A stretch of DNA of 64,000 nt from the human T2T-CHM13v2.0 reference genome, Homo sapiens: NCBI RefSeq assembly GCF_009914755.1, contig NC_060934.1, one strand, 5' to 3'. The notes under the pieces were generated by a model that made no database searches, had not been told where the DNA came from, and worked only from the letters and a program-made list of their open reading frames with translations. Positions 28,398 through 43,499 of the stretch are shown here, in pieces. The translations under genes were made by a program, and so were the position numbers. Every line of letters begins with the position of its first letter. Positions within the stretch are counted from its first letter, which is position 1.

Positions 28398-29389
28398 AAT
28401 TTCACATAATTCTTAGGGGCTCTAGGATTTTCAGAATGGTAAATGAGCATTGGCCTCAACTTAAAGTCACCAGCTGCACTAGCCCCTTAACGGGGGAGTC
28501 AGCTCATCCTTTGAAGCTTTGAAAACAGGTATTGACTTCTCCAGCTATGGCAGTCCTAGATGGCATCTTCTTCCAATAGCAGGCTGTTTCGTTTCCACTG
28601 AAGATCTGTTGTTAGTGTAGTCATCAATGATCTCAGCCACACCTTCTGCATAACTTGCTATGGCTTCTCCCTCAGCACTTGCTGCTTTATCTTGCATTTT
28701 TATGTTACGGAGATGACTTCTTTCCTTCAATCTCATGAACCAGCCTCTGCTTGCTTTAAACTTTTATTCTCCAGCTTCCTCACCTTTGATTCTTCACAGA
28801 ATTAAGAGTCAGGGCCTTGCTCTGGGTTAGGCTTTGGCTTAGGGGAATCTTGTGGCTTGCCTGATCTATCCAGGCGACTCAAAGTTTCTCCACATCAGCA
28901 ATTAGGCTGTTTTATTTTCTTACCATTTGTGTGTTCACTGGAAAAGCACTTTTAGTTTCCTTCAGTAGCTTTTCCTTTGCATTCACAACTTCATTAACTG
29001 TTTGGTGCAAGAGGCTTAGCTTTGGCCTCTCTTGACTTTCAACAAGCCTTCTCCACTAAACTTAATAGTTTCCAGCTTTTGATTTAAAGTAAGACGTGTG
29101 CAACTCTTCCTTTCACTTGAACACTTAGAGGCCATTGTAGGGTTAGTCATTGGCCTGAGTTTAATATTGTTCTGTCTCAGAGAAGAGTGAGGCCCTGGGG
29201 GAGGGAGCGAGCTGGGAAATAGCAGAACACACACAATCTGAAGCAGTCAGAACACACACAACATTCATTAAGTTTATTGTCTTCCAGGGCGAGGTTCAGC
29301 AATTACAATAGTGACATCAGAGATCGCTGATAACAGATCATCATCACAGATGTGATAACAAGAAAAAAATGAGATATTTTTATCATTGA

Positions 29390-29938
29390 TGTGATGGCAA
29401 ATATTGAGTATCAACTTGATTGAATTGAAGGATGCAAGGTATTATTCCTGGGTGTGTCTGTGAGGGTGTTGCCAAAGGAGGTTAACATTTGAGTTGGTGA
29501 ACTGGGAAAGGCAGACCCACCCTCAGTCTGGGTGGGCACCATCTAATCAGCTGCCAGCATGGCTAGGATAAAAGCAGGCAGAGGAAGGTGGACGGACTAG
29601 ACTTGTTAAGTCTTCTGGCCTCCATCTTTCTCCTGTGCTGGATGCTTCCTGCCCTCGAACATTGGACTCCAAGTTCTTCAGCTTCTGGACTCTTGGACCT
29701 ACACCAGTGGTTTGCAGGGGCTCTCGGGCCTTTGACCACAGACTGAAGGCTGCACTGTCGGCTTCCCTACTTCTGAGATTTTGGAACTTGGACTGGCTTC
29801 CTTGCTCCTCAGCTTGCAGAAGGCCTATTGTGGGCCTTCACCTTGTGATCATATGAGTCAATTCTCCTTAATAAACTCCGTTTCATATATACATCTATCC
29901 GATCAGTCCTGTCCCTCTAGGGAACCCTGACTAATACA
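29390..29938 (+). mobile_element. MLT2A2 (HERV-L) solo LTR inside Tigger1
   Basis: TGTGATGG..tcaacttgattgaattgaaggatgc..gggtgtgtctgtgagggtgttgccaaagg..end gaaccctgactaataca; 549 bp; 5-bp TSD attga/attgt. Confidence 0.9.
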
Positions 29939-31689
29939 ATTGTCAAAATGTGACACAGAGGCACAAAGTGAGCACCTGCTGTAGGAAAAATGGTGCTGAT
30001 AGACTTGACTCAGGGTTGCCACAAAATTCAGTTTGTAAAAAACACAGTATCTGCATAATGCAATAAAAGAAGATAGGCATGCCATATTCTTCATGATTTT
30101 CATGGGAATATAGTGTATCTTTAGAGAGCACTGTCCATTTATAATAATCCTACACTTAAATAAACATTTTTCATTACCCTTTCTAAAAATAATTTTAGTA
30201 GTTCAGTTTAATTGCTATTTTATCTATTGAAGGTTCATTAATTAAACTCAATAAGTTACTTAAAAAAAATCCTTATTGTTGATAATGCCTGAAATTAATG
30301 CACTCTGGAGTATCTGTTTACAAGATGAAACTGTCGTACTAATTATAACTAAAACAAACACTTTACCTCAAGCCTCTCACTTAGCCAAAAAGTGACCTAT
30401 TATGGGAAAACAAACAAACAAAGTGATAGTTACTGAGCCCAAAACTTAATAAATGGAAGTGAAGAGTTCCGAAAAAGGGCTGTATGTTACAAACGATCTT
30501 TGAAAGCAACAGTGTTAGGAATGCAATTATAACATTTGCACAGTGACTCTTTTGTTATTTAGTATCTTACGTATTTTTTCATTTGATCCAAACAATTGCC
30601 CAGCTAGGAAGTTTTTCTGAGTATGATTCTCTTTTTTTTTAAAATATCATGTAAACCAAGATTCTAGGAAAAAAAAAAAGACTCAAATCTAACATCATCA
30701 TTGTGAAAGAGGTAAGACTTGAATTTGTATTTCTTATCACTTTTTTTTCATAAAACTCTTTCTGTTCCCACAGGTGGCCTTTTCTAATAACCAGTATCAC
30801 AACGGGCCTTCTTAATGTGGGTTTTTAAAACCACAAACAAAAACCATTAGCTTCAAACCTTTGAAGACTACTTAAAAATAAATGCGCATAATTCTAGGGG
30901 GAATAGTCTCACCAAATAATCATTTGCAAAGCCCTTTGTAATTAAGTACAGGGGACATTACTGGGATGCAATGTTCCGTAAAGAGCTCGACTGTTGTTCT
31001 TGCAAGAATGCACCCAAACAATGATAATAAGTGAAACAATGATTGATAAAATGATAGCAATGCTCAATTTCCAAATCAGAATTTGCCTGCCAATTGATGT
31101 CGGAAAGAACATCCTTTTCTGAGAACTGGCGTCCTCTTAGAAAGGTTTTTGAAGGGCAAAGGTCTGGTCTTCATCATATCGCTCAGTTTTCTTTTTTCTT
31201 TCATTATAAGTATCCTCGTAGGATAAATTTTAATCTGAACCTAAACTAATTCCCTGTCAAACAAACTAGAAATGAAAACTTTTACAAAGGTACTAAAGGG
31301 CAACCCTTGGAACGAACTCTCTTTGGTTATGCCTAGACTAGAAAAAAGCTATTTTTATTAGGTACAGAAGTAGACCTGAGTGTTGGACTCTGGAATAGGC
31401 ACCACCTTGCCCAGGCAGAGAGGAAATGAGCATGACTCTTCCTCAGTCAGTGATATTAACAAGCCGAAGGCAGCAGAAGACTGATCAAGGCAGAAGGGTG
31501 ACTGGTTTATGAAAGAGCTGAACTATTTATTAGCCCACATTAATCTCACATACAAATAAATATATGTGAAAATTTAGAGTAAGAAACTTGAGGCCAGCTC
31601 CTAGATGTGCAGTTTACAGAGCAAAGTTCCACTAAAATTCTGCGTCACTCTCTGTGTGAGTCATTTATTTAATTTTTAAACAAGCATAA

Positions 31690-32050
31690 GGTGTCTTTGT
31701 GTTCACTCAATGTATCAGGCATTGTTTTGAACACCTAATCAAAGAAAGCAGAGATGTGATGTCTGCCCCCATAGGAGGTTATTGACCAGTTGCACTGACA
31801 GCTGAAATATCCACAAGCCTGAGACACGTCCTGGGCCACGGTCGTGGTAGGAACAGCATGCTGTGGAAACAGGCGGGTGACACACCACGTCAATCTGGAC
31901 CTTTCTAAGGCTTCCTGGGGGAGGTGACACTCCGGATGGGATACAGAAGATCAAACAGAGACTATTTAAGAGTGTGAGAACAGAGACCAGGTAAGAACAT
32001 GGAGAGTATGAGAATGCCAAACGCAAGGTGAGGTAGGCCTGGTGCAAATG
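31690..32050 (-). mobile_element. L2 remnant
   Basis: aatgtatcaggcattgtt...tctgccccca..aggcttcctgggg.aggtgac typical of L2 3' end reverse complement. Confidence 0.5.
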
Positions 32051-32319
32051 TGCTAAGTCTTAAAAAGTTAGGGTGAACGCAGACTCCCAGGCCTCGATGA
32101 AAGCCAAGAACTCAGATCATTCATATGAATGCTAATAAAATAGGCAGGAGAGGTAAAGAGGAGGGTTCAGAAAATAAACATATTCGCATATCATCAACAA
32201 CCTGATCGATCAAAAATGACTAGGAATGGTATGTATTCAATTGCTGAGGCTGGGAAGGATCATGAAATCTCAGACACGCTCATGGATTGTCATTTTACAA
32301 AAGGGCTGAATTGTGCATT

Positions 32320-32990
32320 TATATGCTCATAATAATATAGTAATATATAATATAATATAAAACTTGTATATATATGCTCATAAAAATGTGTAATATGTAT
32401 GCTCATAATAATATAGGTAATATTACATATTACATATTACCTATATTATTACCTATACCTGTGTAATAATTGTATAATTATCACATGCATGCTCATAATG
32501 TCATATATATGCTTATAATAATATAGGTAATATATAATATAATATAATACCTGTGTAATAATTTATAATTATCATATGTATTTTCATAATAATATGTCAT
32601 ATATATGTTCATAATAATGTAGGTAACATAATATTATAATACCTGTGTAATAATTGTATAATTATTATATGTATGCTTATAGTAATATGTCATATATATG
32701 CTCATAATAATATAAGTAATAGATATTATAATACCTGTGTAATTGTATAATTATCATATGTATGCTCATAATAATATGCCATATATATGCTCATAATAAT
32801 ATAGGTAATATATAAAATTATAGTATATGCGTGTGTAATAATTCTATAATTATTATATGTGTGCTCATAATAATATATAATATATGCTCATAATAATATA
32901 GGTAATAAACACTATTATAATACACTGTTATAATACAGTTGTGCAAACATTGTATAATAAGTAATCATATATATGTTAATAATAATCTCC
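32320..32990. repeat. AT-rich degenerate minisatellite, ~92-bp period
   Basis: Anchor acctgtgtaa at 32457, 32549, 32641, 32733 (variant 32829); recurring tatgctcataataatataggtaat. Confidence 0.9.
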
Positions 32991-33004
32991 AAAAGTAAAT
33001 ATGA

Positions 33005-33145
33005 TAATTTCCCCATCTTACATAGAATTGGAAACTAAGTCAAGAGCAGTTAAAAGACCTGCTCGATGTCACAAGGCAAGTCGCAGGGGCCCGGGGTTTG
33101 TACACAGGCAGTGTTTCTCCAGCGTCTGTGCACGTACTCACCATA
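33005..33145 (-). mobile_element. MIR remnant
   Basis: ccccatcttaca..ggaaactaag..cagttaa..gacctgctcgatgtcaca. Confidence 0.65.
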
Positions 33146-33289
33146 TCCCTCCTTCTTTCCGTGTGGATGCATGCTGCTTTTGAGCGAGAGTTTGGCATTT
33201 TTCATAAGGTCGGTTGATGTCCCTGCACCTAGCAATACCCAATCCTTCACTGCAGGGTTCAGATGGAGTCTAAATAGTTATGTATGGCT

Positions 33290-34620
33290 TCATTCCATCT
33301 TCCATTTTAACGTACTCATGAAGAGTCAAAGAAAAGCACCTGAGATGCGTCAGGGCCCACCGCCGGCGCTGAGGATGGAACAGTGAACACAGCAAGCCAC
33401 GTCCTTCCTCCTAGGGCCCATATTCTGATGGAAGGAGTCAGACGAAAGGCAGAGAAATGCAATAGGTAAGACGTTAGAGGTGACAGCTATAAGGAAAAAT
33501 AAATCAGAACAAAAGCGGTGGCTGGGACTTTCCGGGATAAACAAAACTCCAGAGGCAGAACTCAGAGGCCCTGTGGGAGAAGCCCTGCTCCGGTGCGAGC
33601 ACAGCAAGGCTGCCGCGCCCCCCACTTAGCGAGGGAGGAAAGAATCACAGAGGACGAGGTCAGGGAAAGAAGGGGCCAGGGGTGAGCCCTTGTGGTCCAG
33701 GAGGTGACCCAGCGTGGCTGACTGTGACCAGCATCCTGTGGCTGCTGTGTGGAGTGTAGATTGCAAGCGTGCAAGGGTTTCGAAAGGAAGAGAGATCATT
33801 TGGAGACTCAGTCCAGGGGCAAGGGATGTCGGTTTGTGTCAGGAGGTAGCAAAGAGGTGGCAGGAGGAGTTGGGATTTTAGAAACATTTTAAAAATTGAG
33901 TCAACAGGATTTGATATTGGATTCCACATGTACTGGGATCTGTGGTGGAAAGAAAAGCATCGCAGTTTCCAGGTTTCTGTTCTGAGAGGAAGGAGGGCTG
34001 CCTATTCTGACGGAGGGAAGGGGTTGGGAGGGCAGGATTTCAGCTCTAGACCAGGCTGAGGTGTGTGTAAAACCTCCCAGGAACGTGTTCATTGGTCTCT
34101 ATTTGAGTTGGGTAGAGGAGTCTCGGTTTTGTGAAAAAGGTCCAGAGTAGACATATGAGAATTCAGGGGATTGCTGGTGTATCAATGCTAACACAACCTT
34201 GAGACTGGACGTGATCTTCAAGACACGGAGGAGAAGAGAGGAGAAGCTGTCAGGACTGAACTTGGGGAATTTCACATTAAAAGTTAAAAACAAAACAGGG
34301 AGATGTGTTTTCCTGGAGGCCAAGGGCGGAAAATATAAGTGAAAGAAGAGAGTTACCAACTAGGTGAAATATTATTGAAGGTCCAGAAGGAGAAGGGCTG
34401 AGACTGGCCCATTCGTGTTACAGAAGTGGGCATTGGAGACTGACAAAGCTCGTAGCCTCCGAGTGCAGGGTGTTGAGCCAACCAGAATGAGCTTATGAGA
34501 CCAGGAGACTCGGAGACAGATTTGTCTGCCAAGATGAATAAGGAAGCCCGATGGTGATGAAAAGGCAGTCAGGATCAGAGAGGATTTCAGCGTTTTATTT
34601 TTTTCTCTTCTTTTCTGTGG
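33290..34620 (-). mobile_element. L2a-like LINE2 remnant
   Basis: Purine-rich + strand; acagtgaacac, ttttagaaacatttt..gagtcaacaggatttg, tgagactggcccatt..gtgggcattggagac. Confidence 0.7.
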
Positions 34621-35589
34621 TTGAACTACATACATACTCTTTTAAACAAAGAAATCGCGTTTATATATATATGTGTGGGGAAGCTGTGACTCCGAATTTT
34701 TCAAATGTCATGAGTTTTGTGATCAGTGCAAGATTGAGGCACAAGATAACAGAAAATGTGTGTAAAATAGCTTTCGTATATAAATGTGTGATTATTCAGT
34801 ATTAGACTCCAGGGAAATATCTAACAAATATCATAGGTATAAATGTATTCGAAGTATCTCAAATAAGGTGATATATAAGTGCACATGTGTGATTTCCTTC
34901 TTTCCACTGTGCTATGGCTTAAACTAGAAATAAATCACATGGAATAAAGATTGCTTTTCACAGTCTTTAAAAAATGACTCATTTTAAAGCTTTCCTCCAC
35001 TAATGTTCATTAATTAGATTTCTCACAGAGGCTGGAATCAGGTGGGAAGGGGCATTTATGTGAGTCTGTTTGAAAATATAATCATAACTCTGAATCATGA
35101 TTATTGAAATTTAAGGGCCTCAAACATCCACGCAGAGGGTGAACTGTGAAATGGGAACTACCTCCCGTACCTAACTTTGAAGATGCCAGTGTTCCTTGAA
35201 GGAAATCTGTTGAGGTTAAGAATATACTTTACATTATTGTAATGAACATACCCTATACTAGATTTTAAGACCCATGTTCGATTCTGGTTTTCCAATCATT
35301 TGTCAGAAAGTACAATAGAAACAACATTCCAATTTCTTAGCTACCATGAAACACTACCACTGAGCAGTCAGTAATGAACCCTCAGCTTCACTCATGATCT
35401 AGTTTGTCTGAATATGTGCAAGAGATGACCAGATATGAATGAGAAGACGTTCATTTTTGCACATCTGAAATTCTCATAAATTCCAATAGAGCAACATGTC
35501 ATCCCATAATCTTTGAAATAAGAGCCTGTATTTTGTTATTGCTATTTACTTGGTGCTAATTACATGTTTTAAAACTTGAATTGCATTTT

Positions 35590-36200
<611 letters not shown>

Positions 36201-36456
36201 TCAAAAGGAGGAAAAGGAAGGAAAAGAAACGAGACTAGGAAGATGGGTAGTTGGCCTGTCATGCACTGTCAGCGGGAGCCTCGGCCAATTTAATGGCAGT
36301 TCCGAGAACGAGAGAAACACTCAGTTTTTCCAAGTTGAGGTCAGAGAGGAACAGTCTCTCCATACCCCACACCGTTCAGTCACTTAGCTCAGCCACCGTG
36401 GGAACAGTGCATGAATTGCGACAAGGCTGCTCAGCCAAGGCCCTCTCTGAAGATGA

Positions 36457-36870
<414 letters not shown>

Positions 36871-39800
36871 TAAAGCTTGGAAATGTCCTTTAGGGTTCTG
36901 GGAGACCTGTTTTCCTGAAGATCAATGTTGATCTGAGTGAGCAGACTACTCCCCATCCTCCTTCTTTAATCCCCATGCCCGGTGCCCTCACCCTCAGCTC
37001 CCACCTCCCACTGTCTCAGTAGTTTATCTGGAATATGCAGCCTCTACTTGCTATACTTCTTCCTTGTTAGTGGGAGATTCAACATGCCATCATGTGTCCT
37101 TATTGTGTAGATACATCCCGTCATGGCCCACAAATAACACTTTCACTGTGTTCTGGGTCCTTCCTGGAGCTCTTCCCAAGGGCCCTAGTGCACCAGCCAC
37201 TTTTTAAAAATCTCATCCATCAGCAAGGCATGGTGGTAATGAGACAGTGGACCAGTTTGTGGATCGCAGCTATTTCATGGACCGTACTGGTTCCGTTCTC
37301 ATTAGACAATATCATGACAGATGGGGTGACTATTAACACAGCCCTGACACTGGGTGAGAAAGACACACTTTTAATTTTTTGAAGTGAATGAAAATTCTTT
37401 CTGATCTTTTGAAGTACGGGTGGAAAAGTCTCAAGCCACCAGCTCAGGGGCTGCATCTTCAAGGAGGCATCTGGCAGGGAGGCTGCAGCTGGAGCACTGA
37501 TTGGCGACATTCATCACAGCTCACTGTCGTGCTCTGGGATCTGGCTGGTCTTTAAAGGATACATCTGCTGAGGTAAATGGAGATATAGTGAGGACCACCC
37601 CACCACAGCTCTTAGGTCCTTCATAGTGGCAGTAATTTTTGCCTTTCCCCCTCTGGGATGTAGTACCATTTTTGATGCATTGTTTAGACAAGGGGAAGAA
37701 AGTTTTTGAGGCTTTCACTTCATCTTAAGTACAATAATCATCACTCCACAAGTCAAGGAACAAATATGGAGGTTTCTTCAACAACCAGAGATATTTGAGG
37801 GCAGTGGAAATAACCATAAGGTGGAGGTGGCCAGTGGGAACCATGTTGAGCCAGGCTTGCATCAGAACTCCATTTATCACCTGGCCTCACCTCGCGCCTA
37901 CTCTATGAGGAGGCTTTAATGTCACCTTAGCTCTTAAGATACCAATGACAACAAGAACTTTGCATCAGACAGGCCTCAAAATGCATTTTTCCCCAGTGTG
38001 CAGTCTCCCAAGTAAAGATACTGGAAGGACTGGAGAATAATTACGCTGGACGCCTTCCTTGGAACCGCAAGAACTTCAGCTCTCCTTCAAGCAGTGGGGC
38101 CTGCGTCTGAAAACTGGATCCACTTGAAGCACACAAAGAGTCTTGACTTTTTAGTTTTTTTTTTTTTTTTTTTGCGGTGCCTGCCCTCTGCCTCCTGACC
38201 ACCCCTCCGGTATTTATTCTTATTGAGCAGACTGGGAAGTGACGCTAGGTGCGTGTGAGCAGAGATACTGTATTTTATGAACAATCTTCATAACTCCCTG
38301 TGGGTCAATCCCATAACTCCCTGGCTGCCACTCCAGCCTTTCCAGCCATTATGACAATTCACCCCACCTGGCTTGTGACAGTTAAGCATTACCATGTGGC
38401 CTCTACTTTTCGAGGTTCCAGTATCCCTATTGATCCTCATAAGCCAGGTCTTGAAACTGAACCACCCACCATCAGTCCTGGCCTGCAGAAAGGAGCAAGA
38501 TCAGAGCCTCCCAGGATGTGAGGACCACGCCCCCGGCATGCTGTTTATTGTGTTGCTGTGCCCATTGCCAGCCAGTCAGCCTGGTGCAGGCTGATTAAAA
38601 CTCTTAGGCAGTTGCCTCAAAGAGACATTAAGCCTTGCTTGAATTAAATGCTGACACACATTAGACACTAGAACTTTCATATGGTTCCATGTCATTGTGA
38701 AATTGATGGAGTTTCTCTGTTTGTTTCTTTAATTTTAATTTTTCTAAAGCACAAGATTGAAATAAGCCTCGCTATTAGGTAGTTGAGAGATAAGCTTGGT
38801 ATTCACTGTGGGAAATCTTTATGACAGACGTTATTGTTTGGGGTATGTATTAAGAGAAATGGTTAAACTGTGAAGGCCTCTAAGCTAAACTCTGGCTTTT
38901 GGATCATAAAACCTCTTCCATTTACACAAATAAATTACATTATGTTACTTTCTCCTGTTTTATAGCTGAAAATACCAAGTGTTTTGGTAGACAAATGACA
39001 AGCTATCAGCCTGTCCCTATTGCAAGTTGCAGACAGATGTTTGATAACCACAGTTATCACAGATGGAAGGGGCTGTGTCGAGACACCTTCTTCTGGGGGG
39101 CTATTAGTCTCTGATCTGTGATATGCTGTGGGGGAAGAGAGAAGAAAATAGGAAGCACCAGCATTACAGCCATTTATCACCCACCACTGTGTGTGGAATA
39201 AATGGATCCTCTTTCAAGATAGTCTATTATCTGCCGCTTGCCGGCTTCATGCTGTCATATGTTTTTTTCAGTAGTCAATAAATTGCTGAAGGCCACATTT
39301 GGAGAGTAAGTACCGCTGTATGTCTAACTTTATATATTGTTCTTTTATTTACTGCAGCATTTACCCATTTTCTGGAGAGTCTACTATATACATGGAGGTT
39401 TTATTTTTTTTATACTTACCAGATCATTTTATGGATGATAGTTTACCAAATTTATTTTTATAATAAATAAACCAACAAAACATAGCTTTAGAAAAAATCT
39501 TGTCCCTGCCTCAAAGTATTTAAACACGCCCACACTTCAGCTTCTCAGAAAGAAACCTGCCCACTCCTTCATTTAATCTTGTCTTTCTTTCAATCTGTGC
39601 TTTCTTCAACCAGTGTGCACACCACATATGGGACCCTATAAACCATGTATTAATTGGTGCAGAACACCACTTTCCTTTAACATTAAAGGTGAATAACTAG
39701 GAATTATTTCCTAATCTCTATTTTATAAATGCAGGGGAAAAGAGGCAAGGTTGAGATTCATTCCAGAGTGTTTACAGGTAAGGAATTTTCAACAACCTTT

Positions 39801-40202
39801 GTTCTGCCCAGCCAGGCATTCACCCACTAATTTATTAGGGACAAGATCAATAGCCTCAACGAGATTGTAGTGCTTAACTTGAATCGAATTTATGCCATGT
39901 TTACAGCTGTTCTCTCTGATAGCATCCTTGGAGGAGATGAGCTGGTAATCTCATGGGTTTTTGCCACCATTTTGCATGAGTTGATTGCACCGGTGACTTT
40001 CTAGAGATCCTTTACGTTAAGCCCAAACTCACAGCCAAAAATTAATCAGAACAGCACTTTACTTCTCTCTAAGGAATACAGAAAACTTATGAGAAACAAA
40101 ATAGCGTCTCTTATCTGTGGCTAGCCTTGGGCAATGCACATCCACCAGGGCCGAGCAAGAAACAGTGGACGGCATTATTCACTCCGACAACACTACAGAT
40201 AC

Positions 40203-40690
40203 TGTGTTAGTGTCCTACGCTGTGTAACAGATGACCACAAACACAGTTACTTGGAACAACACATATTTACTATTCCACAGTTTCTCTGTCAGGAATCCTG
40301 ACATGGCAGAGTCAGGTCTCTGCAAGGCTGCAATCAAGGTGAGAGAGACAGGTTTGTCATCTGGAGGCTAAAGCAGGGGAGGGTCCCCTTCTGAGTTCAC
40401 TCAACTGCTTGGCAGAATTCATTTCCTTAGAGTTGCAGAACTCATGGCTACGTGCTTCTTCAGAGCCAAAGAGGACAGCGAGGCTTTAGAGTAAGTCAGC
40501 TAGTGATGGAGGCTGCACAGAATACTGTCGCCATGGAAGGAATGCCCATCACCTTTGCTGTATTCTGTCAGTGAAAAACAAGTCACGGGTTGCTCCCAGG
40601 CTCAGGGAGAGGATTACATGAAGATGTGAGCACCCATGTGGTGAGAGCACAGGACATGGTGAGACTTTGGGAGCATTTGTATTTCTACTA
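40203..40690 (-). mobile_element. MLT1E/F-like ERVL-MaLR solo LTR
   Basis: tgtgttagt..gctgtgtaacagatgaccacaaa, aaggctgcaatcaaggtg, tggcagaattcatttcctt. Confidence 0.75.
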
Positions 40691-41053
40691 GAGGCTGAGC
40701 CATCAGAGCTCTGAAGGAATTGCCAAGGACTGTTTCAGGGCAGGCCATTCTCACTGACACCAGGCCACAGCCCCAAGGGCTTCCCCGGGTTTCATATGCC
40801 CCCACTGCCTGTAGCCTCACCCTGTGGGTGGTAAGCAGATGATGGATGGGTTCCTACTTCAGGCTTCCCTGTATTATGGATCCCTTTCCTAGTCTCCTTC
40901 CCACGTCACTGCAATAGTGCCATATTAACATCTGAGAAATATTGGATTAATAGTCCTCAGCAACCTTCACAATTTCCCTATACATAGAAATATAAACTCA
41001 GAGTTAACTCAAGGTATATCCAATCTGGCATCTTAATCTAAAAGAGAAGGCAG

Positions 41054-41338
41054 GGCTGAGCGAGGTGGCTCACACCTGTAATCCCGGCCCTTTGGGAGGC
41101 TGAGACAGGTGGATCACTTGAGGTCAGGAGTTTGAGACCAGCTTGGCCAACATGGTGAAACCCAGTCTCTACTAAAAATACAAAAATTAGCCAGGTGTGG
41201 TGGCGGGTGCCTGTAATCCCAGCTACTTGGGAGGCTAAGGCAGAAGAAATCGCTTGAACCTGGGAGGCAGAGGTTGCAGTGAGCTGAGATCGTGCTGCTA
41301 TACTCCAGCCTGGGTGAGAGAGCAAGACTCTGTCTCAA

Positions 41339-41369
<31 letters not shown>
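41054..41369 (+). mobile_element. AluSx/Sz with (AT)n tail
   Basis: TSD aaaagagaaggcag / aaaagagaagacag. Confidence 0.95.
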
Positions 41370-41370
<1 letters not shown>

Positions 41371-41645
41371 AAAGAGAAGACAGTGTTGTCCTCCCAAGAA
41401 GGGAAGGCAACTGGATGTACTAGAGTTGATTCCTGCAGAAGCAAGTTTCCTTACACCATCATAATTCCGTTTGGAGTGGTTTTTCTTCAGTTCCTCAATA
41501 TGCCCAATGGTGTGTGTGTGTGTGTGTGTGTGCACGTGCACATGTGTGTGTGTTTAAATTTAGAATGCTCTTTCTTTATAAAATTATACTTTCTAGTCTT
41601 TCAGATCAACATTTAAATTTCTTCTATTTCAAAAAGCCGTCTCTT

Positions 41646-41958
<313 letters not shown>

Positions 41959-42139
41959 AAAAAGCCGTCTCTTAACCACCCATATTTTTTGGTATCAGTT
42001 GTTTCTTCCTTTTTATTGCTGAGTATGGCATTGCTATAGTGTGCTTATTTGTATTTCTGTTTATTTCTTTTATAGATTTAATTGCAATTTTAAACATGAT
42101 TTATCGATTTTTAATTAACAAATAAAACGTATATATTTA

Positions 42140-42990
42140 TGACTCTTAGGTTATTCTATATCTTGGTTATTGTGATATGTAGCTGCAATCCACATAGGGA
42201 TTGAAACACTTCTTCAACTTACTAATTTCATTTTCTTGGTATATACACCAAATTGGGGGTTGATGGATCATACGGTATTTCTATTTTTTAATTTTTTGAG
42301 AAACTTCCATACTGTCTTTATAATGACTGTACTAATTTATATCCTCACAAATTGCATACAAAGTTTCTCTTTTCTCCACATTCTTACTAAAACTTCTTAT
42401 CTCTTCTCCATTTGTGATAATAGCCGCTCGAACAGGGGTGGGCAGATGTTTCATTGTGGTTTTGGTTTGCATTTTCCTGACGATTAGTGCTGTTGACATT
42501 TTTTCACAGACCTGCTGGCCACTTCCATGTCTTTGTTTTCATCCCCTTTTGCTGCTATAACAAAACACTTCAGACTGGGTAATTTGTGAAGAACAGAAAT
42601 TGATTGTTGGCAGCTAGGAAGGCTGGGAAGTCCAAGAGCAAGGCACCTGCAGGTTCAGAGTAAGGTGAGGGCTGCTGTCTGCTTCTAGACGGTGCCTTGT
42701 TGCTGCATCCTCCAGGGGGAAGGAACCCTGTGTCCTCACATGGCAGAAGGCGGAGGAACTTAATCATTCCCCAGAAGGACAACCTTTCCCCAACACCAGC
42801 GTGCGGATTAAGTTTTAACTTGAATTTTCAAGGGCACACCCATGGAAACCCCAACATTCTTCTTTTGAGAAATGTCTATTCTGGTTCTCTGCTCATTTTC
42901 TAATTCGGTATTTGATTTCTGTCTATTCAGCTGTCTGAGCTCCTTAAATAGTTTGGATATTAACTCATTAAAACACATTGCTAAATTGTA
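42140..42990 (-). mobile_element. L1MA 3' region remnant interrupted by an MST LTR
   Basis: tttttgagaaacttccatactgt, cattgtggttttggtttgcatttt, ttcttttgagaaatgtctattc. Confidence 0.8.
42534..42856 (-). mobile_element. MST-family ERVL-MaLR LTR
   Basis: gctgctataacaaaacac..agactgggtaatttgt, ggctgggaagtccaagagcaagg, gtcctcacatggcagaagg. Confidence 0.85.
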
Positions 42991-43137
42991 CAAGGTTTGA
43001 ACTATAAAGGGTATATCATACTGTATACTATCTGTTAAAATTTGCTTTTATATTCAGCATTGTGCTAATAAGGGTTATACAAATTTTTGCCTGGAGCTGT
43101 GAGTTATTCATCTTAAATGCTCTATCATATTTCATGA

Positions 43138-43491
<354 letters not shown>

Positions 43492-43499
43492 GTTTTTCA

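Noticed and set aside
28545-29234. ORFs similar to TIGD1/Tigger transposase
   Set aside because: Fragments of a decayed Tigger1 copy with stops, frameshifts and nested insertions; not a domesticated gene.
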